DNA of 64,000 bases from Chiloscyllium plagiosum (taxonomy: Eukaryota): the NCBI RefSeq assembly GCF_004010195.1, contig NC_057732.1:41024256-41088255 (forward strand). The letters run 5' to 3'. Both the position numbers and the translations under genes were made by a program. The notes below the pieces were generated by a model. The model was not told the origin of the DNA. It ran no database searches and saw only the letters and a list, made by a program, of their open reading frames with translations. Below, piece by piece: positions 11,501-22,700 of the stretch (the first letter of the stretch is position 1; the number at the start of each line of letters is the position of its first letter).

Positions 11501-14500
11501 GGGCTGTGGGAGGAAAACTTAGCATGTGACAGAAACCCACACTGACATGAGGAGAACATGCAAACTCCACACAGTCACCTGAGGCTGGAATCAAATCCAG
11601 CTCCCTGGCACTGTGAGGCAGCAGTGCTAACCACTGAGCCAACGTGCCATCAGACTTTTATGGCATAACCACAATGTTAAGCAGCTGGAAGCTGGTCACT
11701 AAAGTGTTACCTGGTTGCCACTGAGGTGCATTTCAGTCAGGCTGTTGAGAAAGGGAAGGTTGGCAATGCTCCTGATCCGGTTGTATGAGAGGTTCAGAAC
11801 TGTCAGACCTTTGCAGTTTTCTAATCCTTGGAGAGTTTCAACCTCATTGTGTGCCAGGTTCAAAACCATCAGGACAGGTAAAGCACTGAGCCATGAAATA
11901 CTGCAAAACATAACATACACATCCATCAAGAGAGAGAGAATAAACTTCAACAATTGATGATGAAGTACAAAATGATGTTATTAATTTAATTGGCAATTTT
12001 CCATTTCGTGATAAAAATTGATCTTGGGCAGTACTGTAAAATGGATTGTGGCACATTGCCTGCCATAATATGACCAGCATTTACTGCTACTGACTTCAAT
12101 TAAAAGCCTATAGACTCTGAGAGAGAGATTTAATGGCTCAAGTTTGAGATCACATGAGAAAGGGAATGAAGAGTACAATGAGGTGTTTCCTGAATTCAAT
12201 TCAGTAAATATCCAGGAAGGACAAATGGCATCCAAAAATTGCAATGCTTGTATTTGCAAGCCAATTCTGCAGCAATTAACAAGCGAAAGGTGCATTTAAA
12301 TAATAATTGATTACTACCTTTATTGCATAGTGAAGGGCGGTTTATTTGCAAGACTGAAACTGTTAGCTTAACACACTATCCTAGCATGGGTAGAATCCCT
12401 AAATCTTTCAGTTGTCATTTTTACTACCCTTTGAAATAGCCCTTTAATTCATAACATCATTCAGCATAAAAGTCATTCCAACTATGAAGCCTGTGTCAGC
12501 TTTTTGAAAGAGCTATTCAATTAGTCTCATGCACCCGGCCTTTGCCCTGTATATTGTTCGTTTTCATGCAACTACCCAACTACCCCCATGAAAATTTTTC
12601 TGGGAGTGCATTCCAGATTATAGCACATCGCTGCATAACGTAATTTGTATCATCTCCCCTCTGGTTCATTTGCCATTTTCCTTAAAAATATATCTTCTGG
12701 TTATCAATCCTCCTGTTTGTGCAAATAGTTAACTCCCAACTCATTCTATCAACCCCTCACACGAATCCTTTGAGAATAAAGCCTTTTTTATATTCATTTA
12801 GTATCTGACAGTAATAATTTGAAGAACAAGGATCTCATGCAAATGTCACTTCGTCCATCAATCACACTCCTTCCCCAAAACCTTTCCCCCACTTATCTAA
12901 ATTTTGCAGAATCTACAAAATCGAAAATAAACCATTTGAGGAGTTAACCTTCTAGTGAAGTTTTTCCCTGAGACTTAGAGTGATCTAATGAGACATTAGG
13001 CTCCCAGTTGAATATTCTAAGTTTTATTAAGCAATCCTAATTATTTCAGAATTCCTTTCACTCACTTCCAAACATTTTCAAGGAGGGGCTTGTCTGTAGA
13101 TTGTCTGCTCAGAACTATTCATTGTCAACTTGTTCTATACTGTTGTTGTGTCACAGTTTGAGGACTGTAGATGCTCTGGCTAATTCAAGGACCAATCAAT
13201 GATGATTAGACAAAAATAATGCTGTAATCTGTCATCATCAGGAGAGCAAGTTTCGAATAAAAACATGGTGTGTAAGGCTTTTCAAATACAACTCATCACC
13301 GTTTTACCTCCTTGGTTCAGGAAGGAAATAATCAGGAGGGGAATAACAAAAGGAAATCAGTAGAAAGGGAAGGTTAAGAGGCCTTGATGGAAACATACTG
13401 AAGATTATCAATGAAACTGACACTTACCTACAAATAGAATTGAGCGACACATTCAGCTCACGTAAATTCACAAAGGGACACAGGCTCTCAAACTGTAGTT
13501 CTTTCAATTCATTTAAGGAGATGTTTATTTTTAAAATCCTGTGTTGTGAAGAGAATGAGGCATGCAAATCATTTTCATATTGTAATTGGTTTTGTACATT
13601 TTGAGTTCAGCCATTCTGAAGCCTCATTTAGAAACCTTGCAAAGAAAGGGCCAGCTGAGAAACCAGGCTGTTTGACAATTTATATCCACTGAAAATGAAG
13701 CATCTAAGGGGCATATTTTCACTAACAAGGCACCTCTATAAAGGCCATTGCATGCACTATTTCAGCTCATCGAAGTTGGGAAAGCTGAGGGTCTGAAGAA
13801 GTTGGGCTTATTAGCCCAGGAAGTGGTTAGGAGGTGGACAAGTGCTAAGACAGGCTAGCTAAAAAGTGCACCTTGGCTCTCTTGGACGTTGTTTCAATTA
13901 TATAAAAGGTTGCAAGGCCTTCAAGGCTTCACCTCTCACACACCTTCATCCCCTTATATTCCTGATGTCACCTTCATGTCTCCCTGTATGTCCACTCGTA
14001 TCCTCCAAAAAACTCACCTGCTATCCGGTATAGACACACCTCAGGAGCCATGTGGCGGAACAAAAAAAAACTTTGAACATTTTAATCGAGGTCTCACTCA
14101 AACATACTTGACAGTGAAAAAAGCTGTCATTCCTGAAATCTATTCAAAAAATCTAATTCCCCTCAAGTGGTTGTTCCATTGAAAACTAATGTCTATTTTA
14201 CTAACTACGTCAAAATCAGCTAAACCTTTTTTAATTTACTCAAACTATCCAAATATTTATACAGAACTCTGTGGGAGAAGTGCTTCTGGATCTATTGAAA
14301 ATCAGCCAAGCATTCATAATGAGTTCTGTAATAACAACAAACTTTTGGAAATGTAAATAATGGGGTCTACTGAAATAGCAAAAAGAGAGAAAAAAACTAA
14401 TGCTTCTTTCTAAGTTACATAAGTGGCCTGTCAATCAATACTCCATTAACATGTAAACATTTCTTTTATTCTAAGAGAAGGAAGCAGACTTTTTTCAAAT

Positions 14501-17500
14501 TTAAATGGCTAGAGTTAAAATCGTGTCAGATTATGTCACTTATATACAGCAGGCAGTGAAGTAAGCTGACCTTCACAACAAGAGGAATTGAGTATAGAAG
14601 CAAAGAGGTCCTTCTGCAGCTGTATAGGGCCCTGGTGCGACCACACCTGGAATATTGTGTGCAGTTTTGCTCTCCAAATTTGAGGAAAGACATTCTGGCT
14701 ATTGAGAGAGTGCAGTGTAGGTTCATGTGGTCAATTCCCAGAATGGCGGGACTATCTTACGCTGAAAGATTGGAGAAACTGGGCTTGTTTATGCTTGACG
14801 GTTGAGAGGGGATCTGATTGAGACCTATAAGATTATTAAAGGATTGGACACTCTGGAGGCAGGAAGCATGTTTCCGCTGATGGGTGAGTCCCGAACCAGA
14901 GGACACAGTTTAAAAATAAGGGGTAGGCCACTTAGAACAGAGTTGAGGAGAAACTTCACCCAGAGAATGGTGGGTATATGGAATGCTCTGCCCCAGAAGG
15001 TTGTGGAGGCCAAGTCTCTGGATACTTTCAAGAAAGAGTTGGATAGAGCTCTTGAGGATAGTGGAATCAAAGGTTATGGGGATAAGGCAGGAACAGGATA
15101 CTGATTGAGGATGATCAGCCATGATCATAATGAATGGTGGTGCTGGCTCGAAGGGTAGAATGGCCTACTCCTGCACCTATTATCTATTGTCTATTAAGTA
15201 GACCTTAAATCCACCCTTTACACGTTGTTATGCATCCTCCATAGAATCATGATTCCATGAAGGCTCAAGAGGATACTGAATAAGTACAAAACAAAAGGCA
15301 GTATTCTGAAGGGTGTTAAGGAACTAAAAGACTTGGGTGTACATATACATAAATCAAGAAAGGTGGCAGGACAGGTAGAGAGAGCTGTCAATAAAGCGTT
15401 CAGTAGACCGGGCTTCATAAATAGGACTTAAGAGTACAAGAGCAGGGAGGGCATAATGAACTTATGTAAGACACTGGTTAGATTTCAGATGGAGTATTGT
15501 GCATAGGCATAGGCATCACACTTCAGGAAGGCAATTAATGCATTGAAGACAGTGCATAAGAGGTTACCAAAAATGATTCAGTGGATGAGACATTTCAGCA
15601 ATGAAGAAAGATTTGGAACTTCAAATATATGAGAAGGAAGAGACAGACCCAAGTGAACATAGTTCTCTTAGAGACTGAGCCTGGGGAATAATAATGGGGA
15701 CCCAGAAAATGGCAGAATTAAATAAATACTTTGTCTCAGTCTTCACAGTAGAATATTTGAAATGCACTTCAAATTTATTAAATAATCAAGTAGCAAAAGG
15801 AGGAGAGGAAAGAAGCACAATTACTCTGACAAGAGAAAAAAGGTGCTGGCAAAACTAATGAGGCTAAAGACTAATAAGTCATCCTGATTTGATGGATTAC
15901 ATCCTAGTACATTAAAAGGAGTAGCTTCAGAGATAGTGGGTGCACAGTAGGAACCTTCCAAGAATCCATAAATTCCAGAAAAGTTCTAGATAGTTGGGAA
16001 ACTGCCAAAGTAACACTTTTGTTTTAAAAGAGGAGACAAAACCAGGTAACAATTGGTCAGTTTGCTTAACGTCTGTGATTGTAAGTTTGTTAGTTTTTTT
16101 AAAATAAACAATATTATAGCAGGTTGTTTAGAAATACATAATATGATCAATCAGAATCAACATGTCTTCATGAAGAGGAAATCATGCCTGACAAATCTAT
16201 TGGAATTATTTAAGGAAGTAACAAGTAGAAGAGATAAAGGGGAAATAGCAGATGTCATATATTTGGATTTTCAGGAGGTGTTGATAAGGCATCACACATT
16301 AGGCTACTTAATAAGTTAAGAGCTTATGATGTTAGATGTTGTATATTAGTGTGGATAATGGTTTTGCTAACTATAGAAGACCGACAGTTGGGATAAGGGG
16401 CATGTCAGAATGGCAACCTGTAAATAGTGGTGTGCCACATGGATCTAACTATTACCTTCCCAGTTACCTTGCTCCCACTCCCACCTTACTATTTATCTCT
16501 CAGCACCCCCACTCCCAATTCCTGATTGGGCTTATGCCCGAAACATGAATTCCCCTGCTCCTCGGATGCTGCCTGATCTGCTGTGCTTTTTCAGTGCCAC
16601 ACTTTTCAACTCTGATCTCCAGCATCTGCAATCCTCACTTTCTCTCTGCCACAGTGATCAGTGCTGAGACTGCAATTATTTACAATACATATTAATAATT
16701 CAGATGAGGAAAGTAAATATACAGTTGACAAGTTTACAGGTGACATAAAAATAGATGGGAAGGCACCTAGTGAAGTGGCACAAGGAGTTTTCAGAGGGAT
16801 ACAGACTAATTAAGCAAGTGGGCAAAAACCTGACAGGTGGAATATAATATGGTAAAATATGAGGCGATAAACTTTGGCAGGAAGAATAAAGAAGCTGAAT
16901 AATATTGAAATGGAGCAAGACTACGGAAAGCTCTAGAAGAGAGGGATATGGAAGTCTGCATGCATGGATCACAAAAACTAGTATTCAAGTTCAGTAATAG
17001 GGAAGGCAAATGGAATGTTGGCAGGAAAGTGGAGTTGAGCATTATCAGATCAGTCATGATGGCACTGAATGGCATCACAGACGCAATGGGGCTGAATGGC
17101 CTACTCCTGCTTCTACATTTTATGGTCTTAAAATCTTACGGACTGTTTTCGTTTGACTGGAGAGGCTAACAGGAGATTTGATGGAGATTTCGGACAAGTT
17201 GGACCGAAGGGTCTGTTTCCGTGCTGTACATCTCTATAACTCTATTGGTTCTGGTCATATCTGGGGATACAAAGATGCTAATACCACACATAAACAGAGT
17301 GAGCTCCAGGGAACAGTTTTAAAGTGTTTTGCAAAAGAAGCAAAGGTGAGGTGAGAAAATGTTTTTACACAAAACTTGTAGTTAGCATATGGAATGCACT
17401 GCCTGGTAGTGTGGTGGAGGCAGGTTCAATTGAGGCATTTAAGAGGGAAAACTGGATGATTATTTAAAGAGAAACAATGGGCAGAGTCAGGGGGAAAAGA

Positions 17501-18277
17501 TGAGATTGTCAATAAGTGAAAACCCTCAGAGGGCAGTGCAGAAATGATGGGCTGAATTACCTCCTTCTGCACCATAACAAGTCTATGATTCTGTGATTAG
17601 GTCAAATACATCTTTCCCTGTTTGTTTCTTCATCACCTGACGCTGACATGACTCAGCTAACCTGTCCTAAAGTTCTCAGCACTTAGCCTCATCCAAACAG
17701 TTCAGTTTTGCATTGTGTGAGGAAGATGTATTCAGTTACAATTACTAAGGCATGTTTTTCACACAAATTATTACATGAGTATGAGAATCTTACATTGAAA
17801 TGTAACAGATGGGAGAGTGTGAGCTTAAAATAAAATCAAAATTGAATAATTATTCACAAGGAAACCCTGTCAACTGGATGATTAGGTCCATAATTATAAT
17901 TACTAAATTAATTGGTAACTCTTTCTGTGACTTGTAAAACAACAAGGCTTCCGCTGCAACATTTATTGGTTAGTGGATAGATCCATTGCAAGGTGTGACA
18001 GCTATCCTATTGTTCAAAAATCAACTAATATAGCAAAATGGATCTCTTTACAGTCCCGGAGTACAAATATACCTGTGGGCTTTTACTCCAAACATAAAGT
18101 TAAACACTAGATCTTTCAGATGAGACATTTTCATGTCAAGCGTGAAGTATGGCCCCTGTGTATCCACATTCCAGATGAAAGGAATTTTGGTCATTTCAGT
18201 GCAATGGTCTTCAACAAAGTGACGCTCAATCACATTTCTAGCCATCGTCAATGAATCTTCAAGTTCTTGTTTTCTAG
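2322..18277 (-). CDS. Unidentified SDS22-like leucine-rich-repeat protein (about 8 LRRs, GNP LRR cap, then a helical/coiled-coil region); 5 coding exons, 3' end not found in the window
   Basis: join(complement) 18277-18073, 13538-13428, 11900-11711, 4380-4180, 2569-2322. All junctions are GT-AG with matching phases (2,2,0,0) and the LxxLxLxxNxI pattern continues across them. Probable start is ACGATGG at 18245, or in an upstream exon. Confidence 0.88.
2948..3118. mobile_element. PLE-derived fold-back element: perfect 67-bp inverted arms (2982-3048 / 3052-3118) with 3-nt loop
   Basis: Direct base-by-base complementarity; same family as 27622-27828. Confidence 0.85.
4180..4380 (-). CDS. LRR gene exon (201 nt)
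   Basis: cattttcag| LESLEGAQHVPQLCELYIQSNQICSLLPLSSNLQLCVLDASDNTVLSLTDTVHVLGSLRRLKKLKLK |gtaaag. Confidence 0.92.
5330..5575 (-). mobile_element. Harbinger accessory Myb/SANT-like ORF remnant
   Basis: MADKDNLVYCFAERDLQVLLDEVRQKQDFLFP resembles the F(S/T)xxxLxxLLxEVxxxxxxLF start of Harbinger Myb/SANT proteins. Confidence 0.55.
6350..6560 (-). mobile_element. Decayed LINE RT fragment (CR1/L2 group)
   Basis: PQDTVLDPSIFSWIISCLPPIICSEV...SSDTEAVYVCMQQDLDN. Confidence 0.7.
8659..8694 (-). ncRNA. Minimal type-I hammerhead ribozyme motif (PLE 3' end)
   Basis: Minus strand reads ATTC-CTGAAGA-A-GGGC-TTAT-GCCC-GAAAC-GTC-AATT: intact CUGANGA/GAAA core, 4-bp stem II, palindromic ACGT in place of stem III; stem I is imperfect. 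Confidence 0.7.
8807..8979. other. Assembly gap (173 N)
   Basis: Run of n. Confidence 1.
10000..10420 (+). repeat. GC-rich minisatellite, 23-bp unit CCCTCGGACCCCGCTCCCGCAGA
   Basis: About 9 well-conserved units at 10194-10410, with degenerate units to the left. Confidence 0.9.
10985..11650 (-). mobile_element. Older HE1-like SINE interrupted by the 11072-11384 copy
   Basis: Head (minus strand) at ~11650-11385, tail at ~11070-10985. Confidence 0.75.
11072..11384 (+). mobile_element. HE1-like tRNA-derived V-SINE (young, full length)
   Basis: A-box TGGCACAGTGGT, B-box GGTTCAATTCC, V-domain GTGTGGAGTTTGCACGTTCTCCC...GGTTTCCTCCCACAGTCCAAAGA, CR1-like tail ending AATCTAATCTAA. Confidence 0.9.
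11711..11900 (-). CDS. LRR gene exon (190 nt)
   Basis: ttttgcag| ISWLSALPVLMVLNLAHNEVETLQGLENCKGLTVLNLSYNRIRSIANLPFLNSLTEMHLSGNQ |gtaaca. Confidence 0.92.
13428..13538 (-). CDS. LRR gene exon (111 nt)
   Basis: aacacag| ILKINISLNELKELQFESLCPFVNLRELNVSLNSIC(S) |gtaagt. Confidence 0.88.
14567..15196 (+). mobile_element. CR1 LINE 3' fragment
   Basis: [12 protein letters not shown]...[15 protein letters not shown]...TRGHSLKIRG...FTQRMVGIWNALP; tail ctattatctattgtctatt. Confidence 0.92.
15260..17130 (+). mobile_element. Cluster of old, fragmented CR1 LINE pieces
   Basis: Degenerate RT motifs such as QHVFMKRKSCLTNLLELFKEVTSRRDKGEIADVIYLDFQ; many stops and frameshifts. Confidence 0.8.
16445..16646 (+). 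mobile_element. PLE 3' fragment inserted into an old CR1
   Basis: cctgatt-gggcttatgcccgaaac...ctgatctccagcatctgca tail; TGCCACA repeated on both flanks. Confidence 0.6.
18073..18277 (-). CDS. LRR gene exon (N-terminal region; candidate ATG at 18245)
   Basis: ttttttttcag| RKQELEDSLTMARNVIERHFVEDHCTEMTKIPFIWNVDTQGPYFTLDMKMSHLKDLVFNFMFGVKAH(R) |gtatat; phase 2 fits the next exon. Confidence 0.75.
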
Positions 18278-18515
18278 CTGAAAAAAAAGTACATGTTAAC
18301 TGATAGGAATTTATACATGAGTTGGTGGTATAATGGTTATATCACTGATGTAATAAAGCAAAGGCATAAAAAAATGCTCTCAAGATACTGGTTTACATCC
18401 AAGCATGGTAGCTGATGGAATTTAAGTAATTAACAATTCCAAGCTTAATAATTAGCCTTGGTAATTGTGACCATGGAACAATCAATGATTGTCATGTAAA
18501 ACTCAATGTGGTTCA

Positions 18516-18852
18516 TAGAACATAGAACAATTCAGCGCAGAACAGGCCCTTTGGCCCTCAATGTTGCGCCGACCTGTGAATTATTCTCAGCTCGTCCCCC
18601 TACACTATCCCATCATCCATGTGCTTATCCAAGGATTGTTTAAATCTCCATAATGTGGCTGAGTTAACTACATTGGCAAGTAGGACATTCCACGCCCTTA
18701 CCACACTCTGCGTAAAGAACGTGCCTCTGACATCTGTCTTAAATCTATCACCCCTCAATTTATAGTTATGCCCCACATACAAGCTGACGTCATCATCCTC
18801 GGAAAAAGACTTTCACCATCTACCCTATCTAATTCTCTGATCATCTTGTATG
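18516..18852 (-). mobile_element. CR1 3' end inserted into an older tRNA-SINE (18320-19040)
   Basis: GHNYKLRGDRFKTDVRGTFFTQSVVRAWNVL; CTATGTT tail; GTTCA duplicated at the flanks. Confidence 0.85.
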
Positions 18853-20679
18853 TTCACTAATAGTCTTGAAGAGGTGTGCCATCCTTACCATACCCAGCCT
18901 ACACTGCAACTCTAGATCCACAACAATATGTTCACTCTTAACTCCCCTCTGTAATGTACTGACAAGCCACTCAGTTCAATGGCAAATAGGATTGGGAAAC
19001 AAATGCTGCCCTTGCCAGCAACACACACATCCCATTAAAAAATAATAACAAATAGCTATATATTTAACGAAAGATTGAAATCAGAAACAGACTTCTCACG
19101 AATGAATGGAGTAGGATTTACATCTGATTATTCATGACCATGAAGATCATAGTTATAGCTTATCGTTTTGATTTTAGCTTTGTGCTATTTAGAGAAGGAA
19201 AGGGGCATTAGGGTGTTTGGAGACAGTTGATCATGAGGTGAAACTTGCAGGAATATGATCAACCAGATTTGGCAACGCAAAAGAGAGAAAAAATAGTTAG
19301 CTGGCTTCCTTCTACTAAACATTATTCAACAGAAAAGACTCACATGCACAGACATTGGGAAGGTTGTAAGTTTATGCACGATGAATGTCAGTTTGGATGG
19401 AGGACATGAGTGCAGCCATTGATGTACAACATATTTTAACACAAGTCTGTAAGTTTAAGAGTGGGAAGGGGCAATTAGAATAAAAAAAAATCAAATCAAC
19501 TAATCAGGAAAATTTAGGCAGTGCCTCATTACACTTTATTCATTTGCATTATGTAGGGGCTTTTTATTTTCTTTATTTTGGGTGTACCAAAATGGGAGAA
19601 TGATTGCTTTAAACCAAGGACCACAAAAGGAGTTTCTGCAACAAAATAAGTTATGAGAACTCTTTGTGAGTTGTATGTAGAGTGTTGCTTTTTACAAGTA
19701 GTCGGAGAACATGTCACACCATGCACTGTTGGTGTGTGTAGAGGAAGATTCTCCCAGAGATAGGTTAATGAATGGCAATCTGGATTAGTTGTGGGAGTCA
19801 TCAACATGACAACAAATCATTGATTGGCTGTTTGACAGCTGAACAGTGAGAGTGCGAGCAATGCAGGAGCAGAACCCTCCAGACTGCAACAGAGAAAGTG
19901 TCCCTCTTTCTTTCTTTTTCTCTCTGCAGTGAAGTGAACAAAACATGGAAGATAGCTAGCTATTCTTTCCTACCATTTACAATAAGCCATTGCCTCTAAC
20001 CAGTGACTGAAAAACCTAACAATTAGGATTCCAGTTGCCAATGTGTCTGCAGTAAAACACTGAAGGAACCTGGGAGAATAAACTGCTCAGATATCAGAAG
20101 GATTTGGAAAGCAAAAGGATTGCCTCATTGACTCCTGTGGACTGATACTGCTGAACTGTGTTACCCCAATATTTTTCTCCAGCCGTCACATTCATGTTTA
20201 CTTCTCTGTGTCTGTCTGAATGTGTGTATGGATTTAAGGAAGTTAGAGTTTCAGCTCGTAGAATTGTTGACAATTCATCAGATAGGAAAATTGGAGACTT
20301 TGAGTACTTTGACTGACTTCTGCGACAACCCTAGAAGTGGCTTGAGTATCAGCACACTTTGCCAAGTAGGTTGTGATTTATTGAAGCTAGCTAAAATGAT
20401 AATTCTTTGTGAACAATTGACTAATATAATATTTTCTGCTTCAAAGTATGGCTTCTGCAACAACATGAGTTCCCGAAGATATATTTTTTTCCCCATTCTG
20501 TTTATTAACAATGCATACAACTATTTCATGATAGTGAAAGTTGTATGTTTGCATTTTCACAAAAGACCTTGCCTTCCCAAAACGGTCATAGGCCAATACT
20601 GTTCTACAAACAGATAAAACTAAAACAGACATGATCTGTTTACAGAAACTGTTTACAAATAATTACTCTAATCAAGGAG

Positions 20680-20775
20680 GAGCTGATGAAAGTCACCTGG
20701 ACTTGAAACATTAGATTGCTTTCTCTCCATGGATGCTGTCTGACTGGCTGTGATCTCCAGCATTTGTTGTTTTCA
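20680..20775 (+). mobile_element. PLE-related 3' fragment with degenerate hammerhead motif
   Basis: CTGATGA-AAGTC-ACCTG-GACTT-GAAAC-ATT followed by ctttctctccatggatgctg...ctccagcatt tail; related copies near 8369, 34670 and 60395. Confidence 0.5.
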
Positions 20776-22089
20776 TTAATTTAGTCAAAATGAGTACATC
20801 ATGGGTTTAGTTTCTGAACAAATTATATTTAATTTGCAAAATATCGTTTCCCTGACATGCTCCAAATAAATTAATCTCACTTTGAAGCATATTTTTTTAA
20901 AAGCAGATTTATCCTTTCCATAATTCTTTATTCTTAAAACAGTCCTTTTGCCCTTTCAGTTTGCCATATCACAGAAAAATATACGGACTTTAAACGAGGC
21001 AACAGTGAGTTGCCTATTAAGTGTGACTATTACTTGTTAACAGCATGATCAATGGCACATCTTGCCTCATTAATATCCAGCTCCCTATCCTACCATCTAT
21101 TGCAAGCAAATTAAATGCTGGAAATTTTAAACATGGAAGTCAGAGCGGTTACCTGGCAATTTCAGCTTGCCGCTGGCTGCATAGCGCCTCCACGTTCCTC
21201 ATCACACAAAAGAAATTCAGACAGCGATCCAATGGGCACCAGCCACCATGCACCTCGTTCATGGTCATTAGCATCCAATAACTGCCAACCCATCAGGATC
21301 CTCATGGCACCTCTCTAATTCACCTGCAGGACACTTAGGAAGTATAGAGCTGCACTGCAAGGCACACCGACAGCAAGCATGAAAAACTCCTGCAAGAGGC
21401 AGGACTCCAGCTCATGGATTGGACCAGCCTACACCTCAGGTCAGGGGTGCTCACTTGCACTATCAGTGCTTGCTCTTTTAGTGCCTAACTGCACCATGTC
21501 ATTGATCCTTGAAAGTTGGAACACTGGCATCTCAATGAAGCAGAAGTAACAGTCAATGACTTAAGAAGAGGCAGATACTGATCAACAGTGACCCAGAACT
21601 GTGCTGTGGGAAGTGGAGATACTTGCTTCAGACCCTTCTTTTTGATGTAATGGCCTTCAGATGGTGCATATGCTGGGGCTGAATGCATGATGAAGACACA
21701 ATGCTCATGAGCAGAGTGCAGCATGTCTGACTACATGGAGGACTGTGTGCAGCCTTCATTTGCTCCTCTTGTTTACAATGTAGGACATTGCTCGCAAGAG
21801 TCACGCGCCCAAACATTTGCTACCTTCCTGAGAACAATACGACAGGTGCAGGAGGAGAAGGGCTAACAGTAGGCCCACGAGCAACAACAGACCCCTGTCC
21901 AGGACAAGGAACACCCAACTCAGGAAGAGGTCACAACTGCATCGCCCTTCTGGATTAATTGGGTCCACAGTGGGGGCCAGAAACTTTCACCCATGACTCC
22001 ATTTTCTGGAGATGAGCGTGGTGCAGTGTCAATGAAGACTCCTATATCCTATGCTGGATGTTAGAGCAGGACTTGAGGACTCAAAGATT

Positions 22090-22700
22090 AGAGGCCATTC
22101 TCTCCCAGTGGCTCTGAAAGTGGGCTTGTATGGGATCTCTCAGTTGAGCCCTCACAAATGCATCAGGACCATGACCACTACCAAATGTAGAAGATCACAT
22201 TGATGATTTTCTTTCTCAGTGATGAGGTCAATGCTGTAGCCTGAATGATTGGATTTGAAAAAAACAGCTGGCCTCCCCCAGGTGCAGGGTGCCACTGACT
22301 GCACACATGTTGTACTGTCAGGGACATATCACATCACTGCAGAATTCAGCAACTGGAAGCATTACCATTTGATCAACGCCAAGATGATCTTTGATCACTG
22401 TTACCACGTCCAGGAGATATGTGCCTGCTGGCAGCTATCATGACTTCAACATCTTGGAGCACTCTCATGTATTTGCTGTGTTTGAGTGTCCAGGTAACTT
22501 GAAAGGTTGGTAACTGGGGTACATGGGATACTGACTGTGAACATCTTACCTACTTATGACATCACCCCAAACTGATGCAAACCGCAGATGTAAAGCAGTT
22601 TTTTGGCCAGGGCCTTGGTGGAACTGTAAAGAATCAGTTCTGCTGTTTTGTCCAGTCTTGGCGTGCTGCGTTCTGGACAATTGCAGTGAAGGCAAGGTGG
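22090..22700 (+). mobile_element. PIF/Harbinger DDE transposase remnant (pseudogenised)
   Basis: AGLPQVQGATDCTHVVL...FSNWKHYHLINAKMIFDH...ICA resembles the Harbinger/HARBI1 motifs GAIDCTH...NRKGFHSINVQ; stops and frameshifts on both sides. Confidence 0.78.

Noticed and set aside
22249-22443. HARBI1 host gene
   Set aside because: The DDE motifs are degenerate and interrupted by stops; it is a transposon fossil.
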